Below, one piece after another: positions 1 to 8,386 of a stretch of DNA of 32,000 bases. A program made the translations under genes and the position numbers. Position 1 is the first letter of the stretch, and each line of letters starts with the position of its first letter. This stretch comes from Candidatus Brocadia sp. (GTDB lineage: Bacteria; Planctomycetota; Brocadiia; Brocadiales; Brocadiaceae). The stretch spans positions 1-32,000 of the forward strand of contig CP091279.1 in NCBI GenBank assembly GCA_021650915.1. The letters run 5' to 3'. Under the pieces are notes generated by a model. That model was not told the origin of the DNA and searched no databases. It worked only from the letters and a program-made list of their open reading frames with translations.

Positions 1-52
1 TCGAAAATGAAAGCGAAGTAGTTAATCTAAGAAGAAATGGAAAGAACCTGAC

Positions 53-2040
53 ACGTAAAAAAGAAAAGGAATAAACTGGCTTTTTCAAAATGGTTCTTGT
101 ATAATAGATTCATGAACCATGAAGAGACACGAAAAAGCGTAGTACCATCGGGCGGTCTTCACGGCATTGAAGTAAGACCCATCCGTCGGGAAGAACGAAC
201 CCGATGGGACGAACTCATGCGCCAATACCATTATCTTGGGCTTCACTCTCTGATCGGGGAAAGCATCCGGTATCTGGCGATACACCAGGGACAATGGCTT
301 GCCTTGATCGGATGGTCAGCAGCGGCGCTCAAATGCAAGGTACGAGACCGCTGGATAGGATGGCCTTGCTTTCTTCAGTACCGGCGGTTGTCTTTTGTTG
401 CCAATAACAGTCGTTTCCTGATCTTCCCTCATGTCCGTATACCCAACCTTGCCTCTTATGTCCTCGCCCGGAATCTCAAACGATTATCCCAAGACTGGCA
501 AACCATCTATAACCATCCGATCTATCTTGCAGAGACCTTTGTCGATCCGCGCTCTTTCAAGGGCACCTGTTACAAGGCCCAGGGCTGGGAGTTTCTGGGA
601 TATACCCGCGGGTTTGCAAAATGCGCTCACCGGTATTATTCCCACAACCAACCCAAGATGGTCTTTGTTCGTCCTGTTCTTCCCGATGGGAAAAGAAAAC
701 TCTCTGAACCGTATCTCGAAACCCGAAACACCCCAAAGGAGGTAAAACCGATGCGCCTTTCTCTGAAAGATGCTGAATCACTGAAAGAACGATTATCCCA
801 GATTCCTGATCCCCGTCTATCACGCGGCAAACGACACAGAAAGCTTTCCGTCATGACCATTTCTCTTTGCGCCCTTCTGTGTTCTGCCACAAGCTTTGCC
901 GCTATCGCTGAGTGGGCAAAATCATGCAGTCAAAATATGCTCAAACGTCTCGGCTGTCGTCTGAACCCAAAGACCGGCATCTATGAACCTCCCAGCGAAC
1001 CTACCATCCGCAGGTTCCTGCAAGACGTTGATGCCGAAGCGGTAGATACGGCCCTCTACGGCTGGCTTCAGTCCCTTGCCGGAGAAGATACTGCCCTTGC
1101 CATTGACGGGAAGACCCTCAAGGGCGCATACCAGGAAAACGGGCAGAAAATTCATCTCCTCTCTGCCTTTCTCCAGCAAAAAGGCGTCGTTATCGCCCAA
1201 TGTCCCGTTGACCAGAAAACCAACGAAATCCCAACGCTGAAAACCCTCCTTGACCCCTTAGACATCAAGGACAAGGTGGTCACTCTCGATGCCCTGCATA
1301 CCCAAAAAGAGACGGCGCGGTATCTCGTTGAAGACAAGAAAGCCGATTACCTCTTTACCGTAAAAGACAACCAACCCACTCTCAGACAACATATCGAAGA
1401 CCTCCGCCTGGTCTCTTTTCCCCCCCTCAGCACAAAACCATCGACAAACATCACGGACGCATTGAAATCCGCCAGGTCTGGACCAGCGCCGATTTAAACC
1501 ATTACCTTGCATTCCCCTTGGTTGGACAGGTCTTTTGTATCCACAGAAAATTTACCTACCTCAAATCCCAAAAAACAACCGAAGAAACGGTCTATGGCAT
1601 TACCAGCCTTACGCAACAAAAGGCAGACCCTGCCCGCATACTCCGCTTGAACCGGGGACATTGGAGTATTGAAAACAGCCTCCATTACGTTCGTGATGTC
1701 ACCTTTGATGAAGACCGCTCCCCGATTCGAACAAACCATGCACCCAAGGTTATGGCCTCCCTCAAAAATTGCATCATCAGCATCTTTCGCTCACTGGGGA
1801 GAACCGCTATCGCACAAACTCTTAGAAATTTAACCTACCAACCTCACCTTGCCCTGAAACTCCTTCGCTTATAACGTCTCTTTCTTCCCCTTCCCCCCTT
1901 ATTTCCCATGCCCTTCGAGGCGCATGGGGATTCCCTTGTCTTTTATGCCTTTTTTTGTCATCTTTTCGTGTCTTTGCTCGTTTTTCCCTCTTCAAACCCC
2001 TTCTTTCCCTTGCCTTGCCACTCTCTCTTTTTTTGATCAT
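53..2040 (+). mobile_element. ISAs1-family-like insertion sequence (~2 kb) carrying a DUF4338-transposase fusion gene
   Basis: The left end ACGTAAAAAAGAAAAGGAATAAAC and the right end ...CTCTCTTTTTTTGATCAT form an imperfect A-rich inverted repeat. The same two ends occur joined together, without the transposase, at 31051-31143, and this delimits the element. Boundaries are +/-10 bp. Confidence 0.6.
112..1874 (+). pseudogene. ISAs1-family DDE transposase with N-terminal DUF4338 (DruA-like) domain, split by one frameshift
   Basis: ORFs 97..1497 and 1518..1874 are one gene. From 1419 the third frame reads SPPQHKTIDKHHGRIEIRQVWTSADLNHYLAFPLVGQVF, continuous with ORF 2, and the shift lies in the C7 run at 1420-1426. 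ISAs1/H-repeat hallmarks are LDALHTQKETA and NRGHWSIENSLHYVRDVTFDEDRS. The N-terminal ~200 aa (ETFVDPRSFKGTCYKAQGWEFLGYTRG) matches my recollection of DUF4338. The first ATG is at 112. Confidence 0.75.
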
Positions 2041-2061
2041 CATGACTTTGACGTTACCCTG

Positions 2062-2711
2062 GGGGTTTCATCGTGGACCATGTGGTAGGAGAAAAACAGG
2101 CGGATGTATCGTTGGTAATTCCATTGGCAGATAGGTTGTTGAGCCGTTACGGAGAAGGCACAATAAAGAGTATAAGTTTTGATAAAGGTTTTTACAAGAA
2201 AGAGAATAAAGAGTTGCTGAGTTTGTATATACCAGAGGTAATCCTTCCCAAGAAGGGCAAGAAGAATAAGGCGGAACAGGAAGAGGAATCGGGTAAGACA
2301 TTTAAGAAGCTAAGGCACAAGCACTCGGCGGTAGAATCGGATATCAATCGTTTGGAGCATCACGGCTTGGATAGGTGTCCGGACAAAGGGCTGCATGCCT
2401 TTAAAAGATATTGTGCAATGGGCGTGTTAGCTGCGAATTTGCACAAGCTGGGAAACGTGCTGCAGGAGAAGGCACGGAAGCAGTGCGAAAAGTTGCGAAA
2501 AGCCGCCTAAGCAAGCAAAAAACACGAAGAAAAACAGTCTGCCGGGAGGCAGGTACGCCCAGACAAGGCTAAAATAAAGGGGAAAACAAGGGAAATATGT
2601 AAAAGAACAGTATTTTTGCCAAAAACCCTAATCTCAAATCTTAAAATTATCTATTGGTAAATAGAAAATCGACCTCGCACTTTTACAAAAAGTGCGTTTT
2701 CGTTCAGACAC
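2062..2711 (+). mobile_element. Truncated 3' portion of the ISNCY/ISDol1-like IS (carries the C-terminal 145 aa of the transposase, ORF 2073..2510)
   Basis: Colinear and essentially identical to 30384..31033 of the intact copy. It ends with the same right terminus ...CGTTCAGACAC at 2711, followed by TAAGTA. The 5' two-thirds of the element are absent. Confidence 0.9.
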
Positions 2712-3065
2712 TAAGTACGAATTATATATTGTGGACAATTATAGTTATATAGCGCTGCAAAACAGCATTTATATGTTTCGTTATTAATATGTCTGTACAC
2801 TAGAAAATTGTTAGGAAGATTGTTGTTGGGGGCGAAGCGTCCACGTTTTTAAAATTGCTTCTGGTTGAAGTCCCTGCAACAGTGACATGCACTGATTTTT
2901 CGCCGGTTTAATTGTCCACGACTGAACCAAAACGTTTGGTGTTTTTTAGGAGTAGCGTTTGTTCAGAACGTAGCGTAAAGGTGAAACATCTGGTTCAAAC
3001 TATAAGTTTGAACTAACAGGGAACTGTAAATTTGAATCAGCGTGGGGTGCTGTCTGCGGATAACG

Positions 3066-4370
3066 CTAGTGTTTTTTTGTGCTCAGTAAGCGGTATTGGC
3101 CGTCCGTGAAACCGTATATGCCAATAACACGTGGGGTTCCGGGGTCTCTGAAGGACACGGCAAATTTCAGGCGCTGATAGCCAACGATTGCGGGCGTGGG
3201 TTCTACTTCTGCGTAGGTGAGATGCGCCTTGTGCTCAAGGCTCAGGATATTCCATTGAGTCCCCTTTTGATCAGGAAATTCCGCCTCTGCTAGTCGGACG
3301 ATATTTTCCTTCAAAAATGCCTCCCTTTGCGCCGGCGTACTTTCCTCACTGATCACTACCGCTTCCTGCTTTGGCGGTATGTCTTCCTGGCTTGCCGCAC
3401 TCATCTCTCCTGTTTCATCAGGGTTCTCCGGAGAACCCGCTGTATCCGTTTGATCATCAACGGCTGTGGTTCCTGTCGATTCCTGCGCTGGCGGTGTAAC
3501 GGCAGTCAGCGTTTCGTTTGTTTGCGGCATTTCCTGAATACCCTCCTGCATGGCCGCATCCGGCGACTTTTCCGTTTCTTCTGCACCCGTCCTGGACCCT
3601 TCTTCCATCGTCTTGTCGGCTTCTATTGCTATGGTGTCCATTATTCCGCCCGGCATGGACGCCATGGTCTGCCCAACGTCGACCTTCCACTGTCCGTCTT
3701 CCTCTACGAGAACGGTCTGCATCCGGGTTTCAGCCATGGTTGTCCCGCGTTGCGCTTGCACGACGGTTGGAATGGTCGCCTTGTTCTCTTTTACCTTGGC
3801 TTCACCAAAGGTTATCGTGTGGTTGGCAAGGGCGCCGTCTATGGTCAATAACCGGTTCCCGCTCTCTTTTGTGGAAAACAGCCTTACCGATTGAATATCG
3901 TTGGTATTTATTGTATTCCAGAATTGCCGGGCAACAGCCAGCGGGCCGCCGGTATTTTCTGTAATCTGAACATCGGATGTCTGGGCAAGAGAGGGTTCAC
4001 TGTCGGAAACGACTACGTTGGTTACTACGGAGGTATTTTTTTGTGTTGGGGCAATCTCCGGAACGGTTACCGGCAGATGAAGCCTGTTGATCTGATCAGT
4101 CAAATCCCGTATCATTGCTTCTAATCCATCAATCTTTTGTTGCATGATGGTGTTGTATGTCTTGGTTATCTCCACTTCATTGTGGAGCATATTTGCGTCA
4201 GATACCACAAGGTTCATTTTACCGGCTAAATCATCGATCCTTCCTTCCAGCGACCCGTTGTCGACCCGATGCTCCGTTTTTGTCCACCGGTGAATAAGGT
4301 TAGAACAGCCAAAAAGAGACAATATCAGGAAGCAAACGCCGGGTAATATGCAGGTTCTTTTGTTAAGCAA
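3066..4370 (-). CDS. Hypothetical lipoprotein (N-terminal coiled-coil, Pro/Glu/Thr-rich linker, two small globular domains)
   Basis: 434-aa ORF with a TTG start 6 nt after GGGAGG. The signal peptide has a lipobox (LILSLFG-C). No family is recognised beyond that. Confidence 0.7.
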   Translation of the reverse strand: MLNKRTCILPGVCFLILSLFGCSNLIHRWTKTEHRVDNGSLEGRIDDLAGKMNLVVSDANMLHNEVEITKTYNTIMQQKIDGLEAMIRDLTDQINRLHLPVTVPEIAPTQKNTSVVTNVVVSDSEPSLAQTSDVQITENTGGPLAVARQFWNTINTNDIQSVRLFSTKESGNRLLTIDGALANHTITFGEAKVKENKATIPTVVQAQRGTTMAETRMQTVLVEEDGQWKVDVGQTMASMPGGIMDTIAIEADKTMEEGSRTGAEETEKSPDAAMQEGIQEMPQTNETLTAVTPPAQESTGTTAVDDQTDTAGSPENPDETGEMSAASQEDIPPKQEAVVISEESTPAQREAFLKENIVRLAEAEFPDQKGTQWNILSLEHKAHLTYAEVEPTPAIVGYQRLKFAVSFRDPGTPRVIGIYGFTDGQYRLLSTKKH

Positions 4371-4754
4371 GCAATACCTCCCTTTCCTGTTCCGATTTAC
4401 GCAGGTTTCTTAAAAGAATTTTGTAAGAGTTCCGTATGAGATGAATCTTCTGTGCTTAAAAGCCACCGTCAAAGGCCTGATTAAATCAGGAAAACGATGG
4501 GAATTATGGTCAGTTACTATGCAAGCATAATAACTGTTTCCCTATCCATGTCAATAATTTTGTCTTTTATGCAGGTTGAAATTTTGTAGAGCGTTAGCTT
4601 TTAAAAATACGAATAGTTTGTCCTGTTTTTACAACAGGGTTGCAGAGGCAATTCATGCATGACCTCTACCGCTTACCGGTGTTGTAATTGTCAGAATTTT
4701 TTAAAAAGCTGAGGTGTCACAAAATGTCTTTGCATGACGCCAGGACTACCAACA

Positions 4755-4786
4755 GAAAAAGCCACCCGGATTACGAGCGGCTTTTC
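4755..4786 (-). terminator. Rho-independent terminator candidate (minus strand)
   Basis: The minus strand reads GCCGCTC-gtaatcc-GGGTGGC, a 7-bp stem including two G-U pairs, followed by TTTTT. It lies ~310 nt downstream of the tatA stop. Confidence 0.5.
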
Positions 4787-5003
4787 GATATCGTGTTTGC
4801 GGTAAAGATGAAACGGTATTTATCTGCCGTCCAAAAGCTGAACGCAGGCGGTTAAGCGTGGCAAGATTTATTTGTACCTTCCTACCCTTCGTCCCTTGCA
4901 TCCCATCTTTCCGTGATTCGCGCGTTTGCTGCGCCATGTTAATCTTTGTCTTCTCTTGTCTCTCATGATTAATTACCCCTATTGTAATGAATTAATTTGA
5001 ATT

Positions 5004-5056
5004 AGGCCTTCGGCGACCTTCTCAAGGCAGAGCGACGAGCCTCGTCGCCCTACAAC
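5004..5056 (+). repeat. REP-like palindromic intergenic element, copy 1
   Basis: AGGCCTTCGGCGACCTTCTCAAGGCAGAGCGACGAGCCTCGTCGCCCTACAAC contains the palindrome GCGACGAG-C-CTCGTCGC (5032-5048). A second copy is present in inverted orientation at 7167-7221. Confidence 0.75.
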
Positions 5057-5093
5057 CGAAGCTTTTAGAGCCTATGCGTCAGAGTACCTTTGT

Positions 5094-5309
5094 TTACTGT
5101 TTGGCGACGTCCTTCTCTGTATCTATCTTCTTCTGCGCAGATTTGCTGCTTGCGTCCTCGACATCATCTTCGACTCCCTTAACGCCTTTCTTGAACTCAA
5201 CGATGCCGCGTCCCAGGGATTTCATTACCTCAGGGAGTCTTTTGCCAAAGATCAGAAGCGCCACAATCAGAATGATAAGCCATTCCCAACCGCCCGGCAT
5301 ACTGAACAT
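5094..5309 (-). CDS. tatA: Twin-arginine translocase subunit TatA/E
   Basis: 71 aa. MFSMPGGWEWLIILIVALLIFGKRLPEVMKSLGRGIVEFKKG is the canonical TatA transmembrane segment plus amphipathic helix. AGGAGG lies upstream of the ATG. Confidence 0.9.
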   Translation of the reverse strand: MFSMPGGWEWLIILIVALLIFGKRLPEVMKSLGRGIVEFKKGVKGVEDDVEDASSKSAQKKIDTEKDVAKQ

Positions 5310-5440
5310 GTTTGTGCCTCCTTATATAAAATTCTACAAATAAGCAAATTATATCACCGGGCCATTGAAAATCAATGAATTTGTTTTGGAAAAGACATTT
5401 CCGGTGTTGGCGGTTCATGGCGTGTGTTTCACAATTGCCG

Positions 5441-6445
5441 TCAGTTGCTGGCGTGCCGGTACGGTCTTATTTCCCGCAGCGAGGATACCAGCCGTGATAT
5501 GTCCTCAGGCAGATCTGCCTGGAATTCCATTTTCCTGTTCTCGATGGGATGATAAAACTCGATCCGGTGCGCATGAAGGGCCTGTCTCTCGATAATGGGA
5601 GATTCCCCGGTTTCCCGTTCCTTCCCCAGCAGGTCGGAGAGATAGCAGGATTCATGGTCGCTGTACATAAAGTCGGCAACAACGGGATGCCCGATTGACC
5701 GCATATGCACGCGGATCTGGTGTGTTCGTCCCGTTTTTGGCATGATTTTTACCAGGGTATAGCCGCGAAACCGTTCTATCACCTCATAGACAGACACCGC
5801 CTCCTTGCCTGTGTCACGCCTGACCGCCATCTTTTGCCGGACGTTCTTGTGTCGTCCAATGGGTAAATAAATCTCGTCGGAATCAAACGCCATCTCGCCC
5901 TCCACGACGGCAAGATATTCCTTTCTGATGTGCCTTTTTTCAAATTGCATGGCAATGTGGGAATGGACGGCGTCACTTTTGATAACCAGCATAATCCCGC
6001 TGGTATCCCTGTCCAGCCGGTGCACGATCCCTGCCTTTAACGGTCCGTTGACCTGGGAGAGGTTTTGGCAATGGAAGGCGACGGCGTTGACCAGTGTCCC
6101 CGACGGATGGCCGCCTGCAGGATGGATAACCATGTCGTACGGCTTATTAATCAGCATTAAATAATCGTCTTCGTAGACGATGCACAAGGGGATATCTTCG
6201 GGGACGATCCTGCTTTCTTCAAGCACCGGCACATGGACGGAAATGCGGTCCCCCTTCTGAATATCGTAACTGCTCTTGACCATGCGTCCATTGACCAGCA
6301 CGGTCCCTTCTTTTATCAGCTTTTGAAGAAAAGTCCTTGAATAATCGGGGAGGCGTGCAGCGAGGTACCGATCGATCCGTTTGTCGTCAAATCCCTTCTT
6401 TATATCAAACGTTACTTCTTTTAGTTGCGGAGCAGCCTGTCGCAT
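5441..6445 (-). CDS. rluD: RluA-family (RluD-like) pseudouridine synthase with N-terminal S4 domain
   Basis: Catalytic motif HRLDRDTSGIMLV, plus an S4-like N-terminus (RIDRYLAARLP...). I chose the start at ATG 6445 (MRQAAPQ...), 1 nt after the upstream gene's TAA. The longer ORF to 6511 would overlap that gene. Confidence 0.85.
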   Translation of the reverse strand: MRQAAPQLKEVTFDIKKGFDDKRIDRYLAARLPDYSRTFLQKLIKEGTVLVNGRMVKSSYDIQKGDRISVHVPVLEESRIVPEDIPLCIVYEDDYLMLINKPYDMVIHPAGGHPSGTLVNAVAFHCQNLSQVNGPLKAGIVHRLDRDTSGIMLVIKSDAVHSHIAMQFEKRHIRKEYLAVVEGEMAFDSDEIYLPIGRHKNVRQKMAVRRDTGKEAVSVYEVIERFRGYTLVKIMPKTGRTHQIRVHMRSIGHPVVADFMYSDHESCYLSDLLGKERETGESPIIERQALHAHRIEFYHPIENRKMEFQADLPEDISRLVSSLREIRPYRHASN

Positions 6446-6446
6446 A

Positions 6447-7097
6447 TTATCGAATTGCCGACAAGCGGTATTGTGCCATACTTGCCCAGTTGCTCTTTGG
6501 AGAGAGTTCAATGGTCTTCGAATATGAGCGGATGGCGTCGCTCGTCAGACCCAGCTTTTCATAACAACGCCCTGCATCCCAGTTTCCCTGCGCCACGAGA
6601 AAATTTTGCCCGTGTGTTGAAAGATACTCAAACTGCTGAACGGCCTCCTGGAAGAGCCCTTTTTCTTCGTAGGCATATCCCAGAGACTGTCTTACGATGG
6701 GGGCAAGGGAATGACCGCTGTGGCGGGCTAAAAAATCCTGATACGCACGGATAGCCTCATCGTAATTTTTCAGACGATAATAGACATTTCCCAGTTGAAA
6801 TACGACCCACGGCACAGCGCTGGAGGATGACAAATTGTCTCTCATGTATTTGAACGCCTCGGCCGTTGTGCCTAATGCCGCGGTTTTCTCCTTTTCCCCT
6901 TTTCCCTGCTGCACTGCCGTCGCCAGGTCATTATTGATCCTCCAGAAATTTTTCCAGGCGAAGTCATCCTTTTTTGCCTTTTGGATAACGAAAAAAGCAG
7001 ATCCGCCGCCTGCGGCAATGGCAATACCAACACCAATTGCAATATAGATTTTGTATTTATTCAGTCTTTTTAATACGGTGAGCGCGGTTTCTTTCAT
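6447..7097 (-). CDS. Membrane-anchored tetratricopeptide-repeat protein
   Basis: 216 aa. One N-terminal transmembrane helix (IYIAIGVGIAIAAGGGSAFFVI) is followed by TPR-like repeats (LGNVYYRLKNYDEAIRAYQDFL, LGYAYEEKGLFQEAVQQFE, AGRCYEKLGLTSDAIRSYSKTIE). Confidence 0.75.
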   Translation of the reverse strand: MKETALTVLKRLNKYKIYIAIGVGIAIAAGGGSAFFVIQKAKKDDFAWKNFWRINNDLATAVQQGKGEKEKTAALGTTAEAFKYMRDNLSSSSAVPWVVFQLGNVYYRLKNYDEAIRAYQDFLARHSGHSLAPIVRQSLGYAYEEKGLFQEAVQQFEYLSTHGQNFLVAQGNWDAGRCYEKLGLTSDAIRSYSKTIELSPKSNWASMAQYRLSAIR

Positions 7098-7166
7098 GTT
7101 CGTTCCTTTTTTAAATGGATGTATCAGAATTTCAAATGGGTAATTTCCCCTTTAGAAAGAGGGGAG

Positions 7167-7221
7167 TTGTAGGGCGACGAGTCTCGTCGCTCTACATTGA
7201 GCAGGTCGCCAAAGGCGGCCT
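7167..7221 (-). repeat. REP-like palindromic intergenic element, copy 2 (inverted relative to copy 1)
   Basis: The reverse complement reads AGGCCGCCTTTGGCGACCTGCTCAATGTAGAGCGACGAGACTCGTCGCCCTACAA, colinear with 5004-5056. It lies between the PHP gene stop and the TPR gene start. Confidence 0.75.
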
Positions 7222-7234
7222 GATTCGACGGCAT

Positions 7235-7876
7235 TTATAGACCAACCAAAGATGCTGCATCCTGAAACATTTCCTGAATATCCTTCTCCTCCAGACCTGC
7301 CCCGCGTGCGATGGATTCAGCCCGGCTTCGGTCCAGCAAATCATCAGGCGTATGGGAATCTGAACCAAAGACGAGTTTTGCGCCGGTCTTCTTTGCTATC
7401 ATGGCGACATGACCATTCGCATAGGCATGTCCCTTTCTGCCGGAAATTTCCAGTCGCACCCCCTTCTCTCTGGCAAGCTGCGCATCGCTTTCTGAGATTA
7501 TGCCCGGATGCACCAGGATATCGGCTCCGGCCTCAATAGCCGCCCGGTTTGTTCCCGGAAGCACGGGCTCCGTAATCGTTTCGCCGTGCACCAGCACAAG
7601 ATGTGCGCCCAGTTCTCTTGCCCGTTTCACCATCGCCTTTATATGCTCCGGGCGGAGGTGGGTTAATTCTGCCCCCCCAAACACCTTCAACTTTGAAACA
7701 GGAGCTATTTCCCTGCATGCCTTTAAAACATTGGGTATGACCATATCGATATTTGAGTAATCGACGTGGTCTGTTATTACCAGCCCGCGAAAACCCTTTG
7801 CCTCACAACGCCGGATTAATTCCGCCGGCAAGAGCACCCCGTCAGAAAATAAGGTATGCGTGTGCAAGTCGATCAT
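7235..7876 (-). CDS. PHP-domain metal-dependent phosphoesterase (histidinol-phosphatase-like)
   Basis: 213 aa. It begins with the PHP signature MIDLHTHTLFSDG, and later has ITDH and GSDSH metal-ligand motifs. Confidence 0.8.
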   Translation of the reverse strand: MIDLHTHTLFSDGVLLPAELIRRCEAKGFRGLVITDHVDYSNIDMVIPNVLKACREIAPVSKLKVFGGAELTHLRPEHIKAMVKRARELGAHLVLVHGETITEPVLPGTNRAAIEAGADILVHPGIISESDAQLAREKGVRLEISGRKGHAYANGHVAMIAKKTGAKLVFGSDSHTPDDLLDRSRAESIARGAGLEEKDIQEMFQDAASLVGL

Positions 7877-7903
7877 AAGCAGAAATACCGAGAAAAAAAT
7901 TAA

Positions 7904-7977
<74 letters not shown>

Positions 7978-8119
7978 ATGTGATCAATGCAATCGTATTC
8001 CAAAACAAAGGTGCACGTGTACAAGGAATACGTCAAAATCGTTAAAAAACTAAATTATAGCCTCAGGATGAAAAAAATCAACATCATTCCACGCCCAGAA
8101 TTCAATTGAAGTGGAGAAA

Positions 8120-8196
8120 ACTTCGTATTACAATGCAGCCGTTTTCACCGATGATGTGAAGCGCTTTGTCAGATACGATTTGCGAAATCCCTTATC
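8120..8196 (+). pseudogene. Possible short remnant of the Y1 (IS200/RAYT-like) transposase domain belonging to the decayed gene at 10542..12469
   Basis: SYYNAAVFTDDVKRFVRYDLRNPL resembles the Y-K-A-x-L-V...RY-x-x-LNPV block I recall from RAYT/IS200-like proteins. The match is weak, short, and has no start codon. Confidence 0.25.
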
Positions 8197-8198
8197 CC

Positions 8199-8292
8199 AT
8201 AACGCAGCACAGTCGCAACCAAAAAAGTTCAACCACAAAGAGCACAAAGAAAACATCACAGAAAAAAGAAGTTTTTGTAGAGTAATACTATA
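8199..8292 (+). repeat. Modular miniature element, short copy (d)
   Basis: It has the shared 5' module ATAACGCAGCACAGTCGCAACC and the shared 3' module CACAGAAAAAAGAAGTTTTTGTAGAGTAATACTATA. The core is a short A-rich non-palindromic sequence (CCACAAAGAGCACAAAGAAAAC). Confidence 0.7.
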
Positions 8293-8386
8293 GAGCCTGC
8301 GCATAAACTAACCCGACTTTCGCAATTCGAGGGGTATGCAACCCGCTAAGCCAGTAAAATCAAGGGGTCATGTAAAAAGGTCGGCA

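Noticed and set aside
3327-3964. Several 100-170-aa plus-strand ORFs inside 3066..4370
   Set aside because: They are antisense shadows of the lipoprotein gene, with Arg/Cys/Leu-rich composition and no start context.
4497-4589. 30-aa hydrophobic peptide MGIMVSYYASIITVSLSMSIILSFMQVEIL as a possible small membrane toxin
   Set aside because: It has only a weak AGGA upstream and no partner antitoxin or sRNA signature that I can see. It cannot be supported from sequence alone.
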